A stretch of DNA of 64,000 nucleotides from assembly GCA_963664305.2 (NCBI GenBank), contig CAXXLV010000002.1, positions 288,001 through 352,000 of the forward strand. Direction: 5' to 3'. The position numbers were made by a program, and so were the translations under genes. Under the pieces are notes generated by a model. The model made no database searches, was not told the origin of the DNA, and was given only the letters and a program-made list of their open reading frames with translations. Shown here piece by piece: positions 1 through 11,091 of this stretch (within the stretch, counting starts at the first letter, position 1; each line of letters opens with the position of its first letter). This DNA is from an uncultured Aliarcobacter sp. GTDB taxonomy: Bacteria; Campylobacterota; Campylobacteria; Campylobacterales; Arcobacteraceae.

Positions 1-1391
1 AAATATTTACTTTTTCCTATCTCTATAGGTTTAATATCTTTATTACTTTTAAACTTTTCATAACTTGTTTCATACTCTTTTTCTTCTTCATATTTTAAAA
101 TATTTACAAGTTCTTTTAGATTTATTTCTTCATTATTTGAAACTAGATTTTTTACGATATTAACGCTTTCTTCATGTATTAAGATTTCATTTAAAATTAC
201 TTTCAAAATATTTTTCATTCTAATAGTATGATGGGTAAAACTATTTAAAAGGTTCTTTTTATTGATTATATATTTATAACAGTTGATTTCATCAACTTGT
301 AAAATCTTGTCATTGATTGCAACTTCTAAAATATTGTCAAAAGCTTTGAATTTTTCATAAGAGATTAGATATATTAAATCTTTATTTATATCACTATCAT
401 AAAAGATATTTTTTTCTTTTATTTTAAAAATAGTTATATAAATTAATCTTTTGAAATATTCAATTTCTATTTCTTTTTTTGGAAATAAAAAAAGAATTAA
501 AACAAAAATATGGTCAAAATTTATAGTTAGAGATTCATAAATTTTATCCATAAAAGAGTGAGTTATTTCATATCTTAGTTTATTTATAATCTCTTCTTTT
601 GGTAAGTTTTTTTTATATAATTTTTCTAGAATATTTTTTGTTGAAATTGGTTCTAAAATTCTTATGGTAATTTTTGAGTTTAGTACTATATTACTCTCTA
701 TTTCTATCTCTTCTTTAAAATGATTTCCCATATCATCTAAAAGTTTATTTGTCATATCAACTAAAAAGTTTTTTCCATTTCTGATATTTGAGTAACTGAT
801 ATTTATTGGAACAATCATTGTTTCATGTTTGTTTATATCTGTGCATTTATTTACAAAATATTTTTTGCTAAATTCTTCATAATTTTCAAGCTCTTTATCA
901 AAATATTTTTGTCTAAAAAATTGAGAAAGTAGAGCAAAAACTGCAGCTCCTGTATGAACTCTTTGACAAGTTCCATCAATTTTCACACAAAAATTTTTAT
1001 CTATTTTTGAAATATCTTTTGATTTTACCATTATTCCTTCTGGAAAAATCATCCAATCTTTACACGAAGTTATTAAATCACCGATTATATGCTCATTTCT
1101 ATTGGGAGCACTTGTTCTTAATGCTCCTAAATTTTCTAAAAAATCTCCAAAAAAACTCTTAAATAAAGAATCAGCAGCAATAACTCCAACTTTTTTATTT
1201 GTTAGATTGTACAAAGTATAAGGAACAAGCATCGCTTCTGTTCTTGTAAAATGATTTGCAACAAACATTCTTGGATTCTCTTTTGGAATATTTTCAACTC
1301 CAATTACTTCAATATTTGCATCAAGAATTTTTTGAAGTAGACTTAAAACATAACCATTTGTGTTTATTAGCAAATCATTTTTATCAATCAT
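1..1391 (-). CDS. Glycerolipid acyltransferase family protein (PlsB/PlsC-like), partial, runs off the window
   Basis: Not in the ORF track, consistent with no stop inside the window. ATG at 1391 overlaps the fadE stop (ATGA). Manual translation: MIDKNDLLINTNGYVLSLLQKILDANIEVIGVENIPKENPRMFVANHFTRTE...WMIFPEG, matching acyltransferase block I (NH-x4-E) and the FPEG block. Confidence 0.8.
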   Translation of the reverse strand, partial: MIDKNDLLINTNGYVLSLLQKILDANIEVIGVENIPKENPRMFVANHFTRTEAMLVPYTLYNLTNKKVGVIAADSLFKSFFGDFLENLGALRTSAPNRNEHIIGDLITSCKDWMIFPEGIMVKSKDISKIDKNFCVKIDGTCQRVHTGAAVFALLSQFFRQKYFDKELENYEEFSKKYFVNKCTDINKHETMIVPINISYSNIRNGKNFLVDMTNKLLDDMGNHFKEEIEIESNIVLNSKITIRILEPISTKNILEKLYKKNLPKEEIINKLRYEITHSFMDKIYESLTINFDHIFVLILFLFPKKEIEIEYFKRLIYITIFKIKEKNIFYDSDINKDLIYLISYEKFKAFDNILEVAINDKILQVDEINCYKYIINKKNLLNSFTHHTIRMKNILKVILNEILIHEESVNIVKNLVSNNEEINLKELVNILKYEEEKEYETSYEKFKSNKDIKPIEIGKSKY

Positions 1392-3748
1392 TTTTGAGCC
1401 TTATAATCCTTTGCATCAAATGAATCAACACTTATTACTTCTTGTTTTAGTGCATGAGCTTCAAGCATTTTTTCTATCTCTTCTTTTGATAAAAGATTTT
1501 TTTCTAAAAGTTCTTTAGTCATATTTTCTGGACTATCTTTTTTTATAGTTCCATTTTTAATAGCATCTTTTAAAATTTTAAATGAACTCTCACACTCTTT
1601 ATTTAGTTTAACAGCTAGTTGAAGTTTTGTTAATCTATCTTTTTCATTTTTTGAAATAAATAAAGATGATGTTAATTTTTGTAAATAATCTTGATTTGAT
1701 AGATTTTTTACTATTTTTGCATTTAATTTATCTTTTGCTTTAACTGAAAAAGGATTGATTTTAAAAATCGGAAGTAAATAGTCTAAATAACCAATATTTG
1801 TGATTATCTCTTCTCTTGATATTTGAATTTCATTAAAACAATAGTTACAAATGTAATCAACTAAAAGTTCATCTTCTTCATTTGGATTATTTTCAAATTT
1901 TCTTAAAGTTGCAGTTATCAAATAGCAGTTTGATAAAATATCTCCAAATCTAGCACTTATATTTTCTCTTTTTTTTAGACTTGGTCCTAAAATTCCTAAA
2001 GCAACATTTGTTAAAAGAGTAAATTCAGCACTAACCCAAGCTAGTTTTTGTTTATATCTTTGGAAGTTTCCTTTTTGACAAGAGATATTTCCTCTTGTGA
2101 TATAAAAAATAAAAGATTTACAAAAAGATGAAAATACTAAACCAATGTGAGAAAAAAATGCTTTATCAAAATTTTCTACATTGTTACTATTTAATGCTGT
2201 AATTTGTTTGTAAATATATGGATGAGATTTTATTAATCCTTGTCCAAATTGCATTAAATTTCTAGTTAAAATATTTGCACCTTCAACAGTTATTGAAATA
2301 GGTAAGGCAAAATAAGCATGTGCTAGAAGGTTATTTTCTCCTCTAATAATCGCACTACCACCTAAAACATCCATAGAATCATTTATAACTGTTCTAAATT
2401 TTTCTGTTGCATGGTATTTCATAATAGAGTTTATAACACCTGGTTTTACACCATCATCAATTGCATCAAGTGTATAGTTTCTAGAAGCATTTAACATATA
2501 TGTAAGTGCAGCAATTTTTGCAATTTTTTCTTCAATACCTTCAAAATGATTGATACTTAATCCAAATTGCTCTCTAAGTTGTGAATATGAAGCTACAACA
2601 TTTAAAGCTAATTTACTTCCACCAAGACTAACGCTAGGAAGTGAAATTCCTCGTCCTATAGATAAAGATTCAACAAGCATTTGCCAACCTTTTCCTATAC
2701 CTTCACTTTCACCTATAATATTTTCTAAACCAATAATTACATCTTTTCCATAAAGTGGAGAGTTTACAAAAGGAATTCCAAGTGGGTCATGTCGTTTTGA
2801 GTTATCAATACCTTTTGTATTTGAATCAATTACAGCAAAAGTAATACCTAAATCTTCATTTTCACCAAGTAAATGTTCTGGGTCTTTTAAAACAAAAGCA
2901 AGTCCAATTAAAGTTGCGATATTTCCTAATGTGATATATCTTTTTTCAAAATTTAATTTGATTTTTATTTCACCATTTTCATCTTTAAATAAAACTCCAT
3001 TTGAAGTTATTGATGTTGCATCACTTCCTGCATTTGGTTCTGTTAATCCAAAACAAGGAACAAGTTTTCCTGTTGCTAAATCGCTTAAGTATTTATCTTT
3101 TTGAGCCTGACTTCCATGTTTTAAAATAAGTTCAGCAGGGCCTAGTGAGTTTGGAACCATTACAGTTATTGCTAAAACTTGAGATCTTGATACTAATTTT
3201 TCAATAACTTTTGAGTGAGCAGTTGCACTAAATCCAAGACCTCCATACTCTTTTGGAATAATCATCCCAAAAAATTTTTTATCTTTTATAAACTGCCAAA
3301 CTTCATTAGATAAATCTCTATTTTGGAAAATTTCCCAGTCAGTTGTTTTTTCACAAAGTTCATCAACAACATCATCTAAAAATGATTGTTCTTCAGCTGT
3401 AAGTGTTGTAACTTTTTGAGCATTTATCTCTTTGAAATTAACTTGAGCCTTGAAAAAATCAGCTTCTACCCAGTTTGTTCCAGCTTGAAGTGCAGCTTCT
3501 TCTGTTTTTGATATTTTTGGTAATAGACCATTTTTATTTATAAAATTTACTATTTTTGAAGTAATAAATTTTATTCTAAAAGTAGGGATTAATAATATAG
3601 TAGCAAGTACTATAAAAATAGCCCAAAAAACTGTTCCAACATCAAAAAATATTGCACTATAAATTCCTATTAAGGCAAAATAGCTGTAAAGTGGAAATGA
3701 AAAAAATCCAAAAGCTAAAATAATTAGTATTAAAATCAATGTTTCCAT
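1388..3748 (-). CDS. fadE: Acyl-CoA dehydrogenase, large membrane-anchored FadE type
   Basis: N-terminal TM helices, IPKEYGGLGFS, VMVPNSLGPAEL, FGLTEPNAGSDA, ITVEGANILTR. Confidence 0.92.
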   Translation of the reverse strand: METLILILIILAFGFFSFPLYSYFALIGIYSAIFFDVGTVFWAIFIVLATILLIPTFRIKFITSKIVNFINKNGLLPKISKTEEAALQAGTNWVEADFFKAQVNFKEINAQKVTTLTAEEQSFLDDVVDELCEKTTDWEIFQNRDLSNEVWQFIKDKKFFGMIIPKEYGGLGFSATAHSKVIEKLVSRSQVLAITVMVPNSLGPAELILKHGSQAQKDKYLSDLATGKLVPCFGLTEPNAGSDATSITSNGVLFKDENGEIKIKLNFEKRYITLGNIATLIGLAFVLKDPEHLLGENEDLGITFAVIDSNTKGIDNSKRHDPLGIPFVNSPLYGKDVIIGLENIIGESEGIGKGWQMLVESLSIGRGISLPSVSLGGSKLALNVVASYSQLREQFGLSINHFEGIEEKIAKIAALTYMLNASRNYTLDAIDDGVKPGVINSIMKYHATEKFRTVINDSMDVLGGSAIIRGENNLLAHAYFALPISITVEGANILTRNLMQFGQGLIKSHPYIYKQITALNSNNVENFDKAFFSHIGLVFSSFCKSFIFYITRGNISCQKGNFQRYKQKLAWVSAEFTLLTNVALGILGPSLKKRENISARFGDILSNCYLITATLRKFENNPNEEDELLVDYICNYCFNEIQISREEIITNIGYLDYLLPIFKINPFSVKAKDKLNAKIVKNLSNQDYLQKLTSSLFISKNEKDRLTKLQLAVKLNKECESSFKILKDAIKNGTIKKDSPENMTKELLEKNLLSKEEIEKMLEAHALKQEVISVDSFDAKDYKAQK

Positions 3749-5841
3749 AAAGCTTCTCCTGTTTCAAAATCTTCATACTCTTCAACCAATTTAACTAAAA
3801 GATTAGAAGGTTTAAATCTCTCTCCATACTCTTTTTCAAATTTTTTTAAAGATTCTAAGATGTTTTTTAGTCCAATTTCATTTGCATAACTTAATAATCC
3901 ACCTTTGTAAGCTGGGAAACCAGTTCCTGCAATCATTGCAAAATCAATGATAGAAGCCTCTGTTACGATGTTTTCTTCTAAACATCTACTAGCTTCATTT
4001 ATCATAATATATATACATCTTTGAACTATCTCTTCATCGTCAAAAATTCTACCATTGTTCTCTAGCATAGACGTAACATGTGAGTTTGGATATTTGTCCC
4101 GACCTGCATATTCATAAAATCCAGCTTTTGTTTTTGCTCCTAAAAGTTTTGTGTTATACATTTTTTCTATTAAAGAAGCTATTGGCATTCTACTTCCATA
4201 AGACTCGTTTAAAATACTAGCAACTTTATAACCTATATCAATTCCAACTGTATCAGCAAGTGTAAATGGACCCATAGGCATTCCAAAATCTTTTATAATT
4301 GAATCAATTCTTTCAATTCTTGAACCTTCTTCAAGTATAAATGCTGCTTCATTTAGATATGGAAGTAAAATTCTATTTACTATAAATCCCGCACAATCTT
4401 TTACAACAATCGGTGTTTTGCCACTTAAAATAAGCATTTCACAAACTTTATTTATACTCTCTTTTGAAGTTTGTTCTGTTGGGATTATTTCAACAAGAGG
4501 CATTAAATTTACTGGATTGAAAAAGTGAACTCCTAAGAAATTTTTTTTATTTTTGATTTCACTTCCTAGTTTTTCTATTGAAATAGATGAAGTATTCGTG
4601 GCAATTATTGTACTTTCACCTATAACATTTTCAAGTTCTTTATAAGTTTCTTTTTTTACTTTTTCATCTTCAATGATAGCTTCAATAACAAAATCAAAAT
4701 TTTTAAATCCTAGAAATTTATCTGTATAAGAGATTTTATTTAGTTTAAAATCCACTTGATTTTTAGTCATACTTCTTGATTTTATAGAGTGGTCATAGAT
4801 TTTTGCTACATCTTTTAAAATCTCATGAGCTTGAGTTAAATCTCTTAGTTTTATTCTTACGTCTTTTAGATATTTTGAGAATAGATAAATAATTCCTTTC
4901 CCCATTACTCCGTTTCCAAGAACTACAGCATTTGAAATTGGATTAGATGTTTTTTCATAATTTTTATTCAATTTCTCAAATAAGAAAAATAGTTTTATCA
5001 TATTTTTTGATTCTTTTGTAACAGCAAGTGCTGAGAACTCTTTTGCTTCAATTTTTATAGAATCTTCAAACTCTTTATTTATAGTCTTTTTTATCACTTC
5101 CAAAGCAACATAAGGAGCTTTAAAATCTTTATTTACTTTTGATTCTAAGTTTTTATATGCTTTTTTAAATACAAGTTCATTTAAAGGAGCATAATTTAAA
5201 AAGTTGAAAGTAAATCTCTCTTTTATTGTTCCATAAATAGCTTTTTTTACAAAATCATCTAACATAAACTCTTTTTGAGCATCATCAAAAATCATATCTG
5301 CAAGTTTGATTTTGTAAGCTTTTTTTGCATCTATTGTTTTTCCAGTTAAAATTAAATCTAAGGCATTAACTAAACCTATGATTTTTGGAGCTCTTATTGT
5401 TCCTGCAAAACCTGGGAAAATTCCTAGTTTTATTTCTGGAAATGCTATTCTTGTTTTTGGATTTGTACTCATTACTCTATATTTACAAGCAAGGGCAAGT
5501 TCAAGTCCTCCGCCCATACAAGCACCATTTATATATGCAATTGTTGGGATTGGTAAATTTTCTAGTTTATTAAATATCTCATGAACTTCCATTAAAGCAT
5601 CATAAACTTCTTTTTCATCTTTTAATTTTTCAATCTCTTTAATATCTGCGCCAGCTATAAAAATATCTTTTTTTGCACTATCAATTACTAATGCTTTTAT
5701 TGAAATATCATTTTTAATAAGATTTAGTTTTTCATCAAACTCTTTTAAAATTTCAAATGATAATTTATTTATTTTTTCATCTTTTAAATCAAAAGTTAGT
5801 GTTGCTATATTTTGTTTAATTTCTAAAATAATGTTACTCAT
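3736..5841 (-). CDS. fadJ: Multifunctional enoyl-CoA hydratase / 3-hydroxyacyl-CoA dehydrogenase (FadJ/FadB)
   Basis: FIAGADI, GGGLELALAC, PEIKLGIFPG, GNGVMG, HFFNPV. Start moved to ATG 5841 (MSNIILE), right after the thiolase stop. Confidence 0.88.
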   Translation of the reverse strand: MSNIILEIKQNIATLTFDLKDEKINKLSFEILKEFDEKLNLIKNDISIKALVIDSAKKDIFIAGADIKEIEKLKDEKEVYDALMEVHEIFNKLENLPIPTIAYINGACMGGGLELALACKYRVMSTNPKTRIAFPEIKLGIFPGFAGTIRAPKIIGLVNALDLILTGKTIDAKKAYKIKLADMIFDDAQKEFMLDDFVKKAIYGTIKERFTFNFLNYAPLNELVFKKAYKNLESKVNKDFKAPYVALEVIKKTINKEFEDSIKIEAKEFSALAVTKESKNMIKLFFLFEKLNKNYEKTSNPISNAVVLGNGVMGKGIIYLFSKYLKDVRIKLRDLTQAHEILKDVAKIYDHSIKSRSMTKNQVDFKLNKISYTDKFLGFKNFDFVIEAIIEDEKVKKETYKELENVIGESTIIATNTSSISIEKLGSEIKNKKNFLGVHFFNPVNLMPLVEIIPTEQTSKESINKVCEMLILSGKTPIVVKDCAGFIVNRILLPYLNEAAFILEEGSRIERIDSIIKDFGMPMGPFTLADTVGIDIGYKVASILNESYGSRMPIASLIEKMYNTKLLGAKTKAGFYEYAGRDKYPNSHVTSMLENNGRIFDDEEIVQRCIYIMINEASRCLEENIVTEASIIDFAMIAGTGFPAYKGGLLSYANEIGLKNILESLKKFEKEYGERFKPSNLLVKLVEEYEDFETGEALWKH

Positions 5842-5842
5842 G

Positions 5843-7117
5843 TTATATCTCCAATAAGAAAGATGCACCTTGTCCACCACCAATACAAAGTGTTGCAAGT
5901 GCCAATTTATCTTTTCTTCTTCTTAATTCTTTAAGTGCTGTTAAAACAATTCTAGCTCCACTCATTCCAACTGGATGACCAAGGGCAATTGCTCCACCGT
6001 TTACATTTAAAATTGATTCGTCAATTTCACCAAGAGCATTTGAATTAAAAGTTTTTTTACAAAAATCATTTGAAGCAAAAGCTTTTTGATTTGCAATCAT
6101 TTGAGCAGCAAAAGCTTCATTCATCTCAATTAAATCTATATCTTTTAAAGTAAGATTAGTTTTATCAAAAAGTTTTTTTGTTGCATAGATTGGACCTAAT
6201 CCCATTCTATTTGCATCAAGTCCTGCATAAGCATAATCTTTTATAAATCCAAGTGGTTCAAGATTTAATTCTTTTGCTTTTGATTCACTACAAACTATCA
6301 AACTACAAGCTCCATCTGAAACTTGTGAAGAATTACCAGCTGTTACTGTTCCACTTAATCTATCAAAAATAGGTTTTAACTTATTTAAGGCTTCGATATT
6401 TTGATTAAATCTTACTCCATCATCTTGTGTAATTGAAGCATTACTTGTCATAATTGGATGAATTTCATCTTTAAAAATCCCAGTTTCTATTGCTTTTTGA
6501 GCTTTTTGATGAGATTTTAACGCATATTCATCTTGAGCATCTCTACTTATTTTAAACTCATTTGCTAGATTTTCAGCTGTTAATCCCATGATTTTTCCTG
6601 AAATTGGGTCAGTAAGACCAGTTAGTAAACCAACAGTAGGTTTTAAAAAACTTGGTCTAAAAGAGCTTAATAGTTGGATTTTTTCAATAAATGATTTTGA
6701 ATATGTAAATTTTGTTATTAGATTTTTTAACTCATTACTATAATATAAAGGAAGATTACTCATAGATTCAATTCCTCCAACAAGGTATAAATCCCCTTGA
6801 TTTGAATGAATCTTTTCAATAGCACTTGATATTGCTTGCATTCCTGAAGCACAATTTCTATGAACTGTATAAGCAGGAGTTTGTGAAGGAAAACCAGCAC
6901 GGCTAGCCATAACTCTTGCGATATTTGTAGCATTTGCAGGATTTGCAACATTTCCCATAATTACTTCATCAAATTGTTCATATTCTAAATTATTTCTAAG
7001 AACTAACTCTTTTGTAATAATACTTCCTAAAATATCAGCACTTACATCATTTAATTTACCATTTGCTTTAGCTATTGGACTTCTTAATCCATCAATTATG
7101 GCAATTCTCTCTTTCAT
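5843..7117 (-). CDS. fadI: Acetyl-CoA C-acyltransferase (thiolase, FadI/FadA)
   Basis: NCASG, NEAFAAQ, GHPVGMSG, CIGGGQG. Confidence 0.88.
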   Translation of the reverse strand: MKERIAIIDGLRSPIAKANGKLNDVSADILGSIITKELVLRNNLEYEQFDEVIMGNVANPANATNIARVMASRAGFPSQTPAYTVHRNCASGMQAISSAIEKIHSNQGDLYLVGGIESMSNLPLYYSNELKNLITKFTYSKSFIEKIQLLSSFRPSFLKPTVGLLTGLTDPISGKIMGLTAENLANEFKISRDAQDEYALKSHQKAQKAIETGIFKDEIHPIMTSNASITQDDGVRFNQNIEALNKLKPIFDRLSGTVTAGNSSQVSDGACSLIVCSESKAKELNLEPLGFIKDYAYAGLDANRMGLGPIYATKKLFDKTNLTLKDIDLIEMNEAFAAQMIANQKAFASNDFCKKTFNSNALGEIDESILNVNGGAIALGHPVGMSGARIVLTALKELRRRKDKLALATLCIGGGQGASFLLEI

Positions 7118-8856
7118 TTTTGCTCCTCATACATGCTATTTATAAAACTAGCATATTTTTGTTCAATTTTACTTCTAGCAATTTTCATTGATGGAGTTAA
7201 TTCTCCACTTTCAATGGAAATATCGTTTGTTATAATTCTAAAATCAACAATTTTTTCCCATTGATTCAAGTCTTTATTGATATTTGATATGTGTTTAGAA
7301 ATGTTATCTAAAATTTCTGGTTGCTTATAATACTCTTCTATTGTTAAGTTATTATTTATTTTTTTTGCTAATTGATATTTCTCTTTATCTACAAAAAGTA
7401 GGGCAGTAGTGAATTTTTTATTTTCTGAAATGACTACAGCAAACTCTATATATCTATTTTTTGATAGTTTTTGTTCAATTGCAACTGCATTTACATATTC
7501 ACCAGTTGAAGTTTTAAATATCTCTTTTAATCTACTTGTTATAAATAAATAACCTTCTTCATCAAGATAGGCAATATCTCCTGTATGAAGCCAACCATCT
7601 TTATCTATTGTTTTTGCTGTTAATTCTTCTTGATTTAAATATCCTTTCATTAAAGATGGTCCAGATACTAGAAGTTCTTTGTTTTGGGCTATTTTTATTT
7701 TTGCACTTGGGATTACTTTTCCACAAGAACCTACTTTATTGGCAGATGGATAGTTTGTAGAAATAACTGGTGAAAATTCTGTTAAACCATAACCTTGATA
7801 AACGGGAACGCCAATATTTACAAAAAACTGTGCTATCTCTTTTGATAAAGGTGCACCTCCACTTACAAGTTTTTGAACTCTTGAACCAAATATTTCTCTA
7901 AATTTTGAATAAACAAGTTTGTCATAAATTTTAAATAAAATAGAACCTTTATCTAAGTTCTCTTTTAACGCATAAGAAAAGGCTAATGAAGCAATTATTT
8001 TACTAAAAAATGGTTTTTCTAAAATTTGAGTTTTTATTTTGTTAAATATTTTTTCAAGAAGTCTTGGAACAACAGTCATAATTGTTGGTTTTACAATCTT
8101 CATAAGATTTGCAACATTTAAAATATCATCTACAAAATAAATACTAATTCCACGACTTAGATAATAACTCATAACAGTTCGCTCAAATATGTGTGCTAAA
8201 GGAAGAAGTGAAAGTGCAACTTCATTTTGTGGTAAATCTATTAGTTTATTTATATCTTGAAGTTGTGAAATTATATTTTTATGTGTAAGCATCACTCCCT
8301 TTGGAGTTCCTGTATTTCCACTTGTATAGATAATAGAAAATGTTTCATCTTCTTCTGCTTTATGCGGAATAAACCCTTTTGAATCGCAAATTTGTTGTCC
8401 AATAACTAATATCTCATCATAATTATAAAAATTTGGCTCTTTTATACAAAAATTATGAGTTATAAAAGTTAGATGTGAATTTTTTTCTTCAATATCTTTT
8501 AATCTTTCAAGTGAATCAATAAACATATATTTCATATTTGAATCGTTTATTTCATAGTTTAAGTTTTCAGTTGAGATATTTGCAAAAATAGGCACACTTA
8601 TAGCTCCTACTTCATGAATTGCAAAATCAAAAATAAGCCAAAAAGGAGAACTTGAGGCAAAAATACCAACTGTATCACCTTTTTGTATTCCCATATCTTT
8701 TAAAGCAAGAGATAAACAAATAACTTTATTTTTAAAAGTAGTAGTTGAGATGTTTTTATAAGTTCCATTTGAAAGATAGTTTAAAAAATATTCATTATCT
8801 AAATTACAAATATGAGTGAAAAGTTCATTGTAGGTTTTAAAGTTGTAATTTTCCAC
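7114..8856 (-). CDS. fadD: Long-chain fatty acid-CoA ligase
   Basis: YTSGNTGTPKG, QGYGLTE, GWLHTGD. Start likely GTG at 8856 (AAAGGA SD 6 nt upstream) rather than TTG 8874. Confidence 0.88.
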   Translation of the reverse strand: MENYNFKTYNELFTHICNLDNEYFLNYLSNGTYKNISTTTFKNKVICLSLALKDMGIQKGDTVGIFASSSPFWLIFDFAIHEVGAISVPIFANISTENLNYEINDSNMKYMFIDSLERLKDIEEKNSHLTFITHNFCIKEPNFYNYDEILVIGQQICDSKGFIPHKAEEDETFSIIYTSGNTGTPKGVMLTHKNIISQLQDINKLIDLPQNEVALSLLPLAHIFERTVMSYYLSRGISIYFVDDILNVANLMKIVKPTIMTVVPRLLEKIFNKIKTQILEKPFFSKIIASLAFSYALKENLDKGSILFKIYDKLVYSKFREIFGSRVQKLVSGGAPLSKEIAQFFVNIGVPVYQGYGLTEFSPVISTNYPSANKVGSCGKVIPSAKIKIAQNKELLVSGPSLMKGYLNQEELTAKTIDKDGWLHTGDIAYLDEEGYLFITSRLKEIFKTSTGEYVNAVAIEQKLSKNRYIEFAVVISENKKFTTALLFVDKEKYQLAKKINNNLTIEEYYKQPEILDNISKHISNINKDLNQWEKIVDFRIITNDISIESGELTPSMKIARSKIEQKYASFINSMYEEQK

Positions 8857-8939
8857 TGTATATCCTTTATTCAAATATACAGTTTATTCTATAATGTTTA
8901 TTATAATAATAGCTTAAAAAATAATTTTTTATAAAAGAA

Positions 8940-9467
8940 TTAAATTAGAGAGCGATAAATCTCTTCACTTATGATATCTTTATTTGTTTCAACCCTATCA
9001 ATATATACATGTCCTATTAAATGGTCATATTCATGTTGAAAAATTCTTGCTATAAAGTCTTTGAAAACAATGGTTTTTTTCTCATTTTCTAAAGTTTTAT
9101 ACTTTACTTCAATTTTATTATATCTTGGAACTTTTGCTCTAATTCCTGGAATACTTAAACATCCTTCCCAATCTTTATTTTTACCTTTTGAAGTTTTTAT
9201 TATTTTTGGATTTATTAAAACTAAATCTTCCATAACTGGAGCGTTCGGATATCTTTCATTTGGTTTTGATGAGATAATCATAATTTGTTTTGAAATAAAT
9301 ATTTGAGGAGCAGCAAGACCAACACCATTTGATTTTTTTAGGGTTTCAAGCATAAGTGAAACGATGTTTTTTGTCTCTTCACTTTGTATATCTTTAACTT
9401 TTTTTGCTTTTTTTCTTAAAACTTTTTCACCAAGTTTTGCAATTTTTATTTCATTTGAATTTGACAT
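8940..9467 (-). CDS. def: Peptide deformylase
   Basis: GVGLAAPQ, EGCLS, QHEYDH. Confidence 0.95.
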   Translation of the reverse strand: MSNSNEIKIAKLGEKVLRKKAKKVKDIQSEETKNIVSLMLETLKKSNGVGLAAPQIFISKQIMIISSKPNERYPNAPVMEDLVLINPKIIKTSKGKNKDWEGCLSIPGIRAKVPRYNKIEVKYKTLENEKKTIVFKDFIARIFQHEYDHLIGHVYIDRVETNKDIISEEIYRSLI

Positions 9468-9589
9468 TTTTCACCTTTAAATTAAAAAATAAGATTTTAT
9501 TAAATCCTATTTAATGAGATATATTATATAGTACATAACGATAGAATTTAGTAAAATTACAATGATTTTCTAAATATTTTATAAGGAAA

Positions 9590-10588
9590 ATGATGAAAGA
9601 AGTTATAAATTATGAAGCATTAGTGATTAAAACAGCTTTTTTAGAAAAGGAAGTTAGATTTAACGACTCTTTTTTAAAAAAATTGTTTGATATTATTCCT
9701 AGTCCAATGTTTTATAAAGATAAAAATGGAGTTTACCAACACTGTAATGACGCTTTTTCAAAGTTGATTCTTGGTATTCCAAAAGAAGAAATAATTGGAA
9801 AAACACTTTATGATTTATCTCATGTTATTCCAAAAGAGAATGCAGATGTTTATTATGAAAAAGATAAAGAACTTTTTTTATCACAAAAAGAGCAATTTTA
9901 TGAAGGTAAAGTAAAATGTTCAGATGGAGAAACAAGAGATTATCAATTTTATAAATCATCATTTGTTTTAGATGGGGAAATAATTGGATTAGTTGGATTA
10001 ATGCTTGATGTTAGTGATTATAAAAAAGCTTTAAGAGAGTTGGATGAAAAAAATAGATTATTAAATGAATTATCAATTACTGATTCGTTAACAGGTTTAT
10101 ATAATAGACGATATTTTCAAACAATTTTTGACAAAAAAGTTAGTGCTTTGAGTCGATATAATCATCCATTCTGTTTTGCAATTATTGATATAGATTTTTT
10201 CAAAGATTATAATGATTCTTTTGGGCATTATGAAGGTGATTTAGTTTTAGAAAAATTAGGAAAAGTTTTTAAAGAGAGTTTTTTAAGACCTACGGATTAT
10301 GTTTTTAGATTAGGTGGAGAAGAGTTCGCAATACTATTTGATGTTATTGATTTTAAAGATGCGATTTCAGTAATGGAAAATTTAAGAAAAAAAGTTGAAG
10401 ATTTAAAGATAAAAGCTTCTCCAAATTCAACATATGAATATTTGACTGTTTCAATAGGATTAGGAAATATAAAAGAGTTGAAAAATGATATTAATCCTTC
10501 AAAAATCTACCATGAGGTAGATAATCTTTTGTATAAATCAAAAAGTGAAAATCGAAATAAAATTTCAGTATCTGAAATCAAATTTTAA
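9590..10588 (+). CDS. PAS-domain diguanylate cyclase
   Basis: N-terminal PAS-like region, DSLTGLYNRR, GGEEF with upstream RxxD I-site (RPTD). Confidence 0.92.
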   Translation: MMKEVINYEALVIKTAFLEKEVRFNDSFLKKLFDIIPSPMFYKDKNGVYQHCNDAFSKLILGIPKEEIIGKTLYDLSHVIPKENADVYYEKDKELFLSQKEQFYEGKVKCSDGETRDYQFYKSSFVLDGEIIGLVGLMLDVSDYKKALRELDEKNRLLNELSITDSLTGLYNRRYFQTIFDKKVSALSRYNHPFCFAIIDIDFFKDYNDSFGHYEGDLVLEKLGKVFKESFLRPTDYVFRLGGEEFAILFDVIDFKDAISVMENLRKKVEDLKIKASPNSTYEYLTVSIGLGNIKELKNDINPSKIYHEVDNLLYKSKSENRNKISVSEIKF

Positions 10589-11018
10589 TCACATAATATC
10601 CAGTAAAATCTACGCAAACTTCGTCATTTTCAATAATCTGAGATTCTATTTTTATAGAAGCACTTTTTTTAGAAAGCAATTTTTCTTTTAATCTTTCTAT
10701 TTCTTCTTTTGAAGGTTTTTTTGTAAAACAAACTATATCTTTTGTTACAGGTTTTTTATAAGAATGTTCATTTTTTATTACAACAATATTATTGCTATTA
10801 AAACCTAATTCTTTTGAAATTAGCCAACAAATACTCCAAGCAGAAATAATTGTTGTTGTTGCTAAACTTCCTCCAAAAGCAGTTCCTTTATCATTTATAT
10901 TTGGTCCAAGTGGTGCTGTTGTAATAAGTTGATTTTCATCGTAATTTTGGATTTTTAAATCCATAAATTTTGTTAATGGTATTTCATTATGTAGTTTTTT
11001 TTCTAGTTCAATTATCAT
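10578..11018 (-). CDS. Hot-dog fold thioesterase, YiiD C-terminal-like
   Basis: EIPLTKFM, APLGPNINDKGTAFGGS. Confidence 0.8.
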   Translation of the reverse strand: MIIELEKKLHNEIPLTKFMDLKIQNYDENQLITTAPLGPNINDKGTAFGGSLATTTIISAWSICWLISKELGFNSNNIVVIKNEHSYKKPVTKDIVCFTKKPSKEEIERLKEKLLSKKSASIKIESQIIENDEVCVDFTGYYVIKI

Positions 11019-11091
11019 ATTTTTCTCTTATTTTTATACTTTTTTAAATGTGAAAATATACAAAAAAACAATTGAACAAATAATAAAAATT

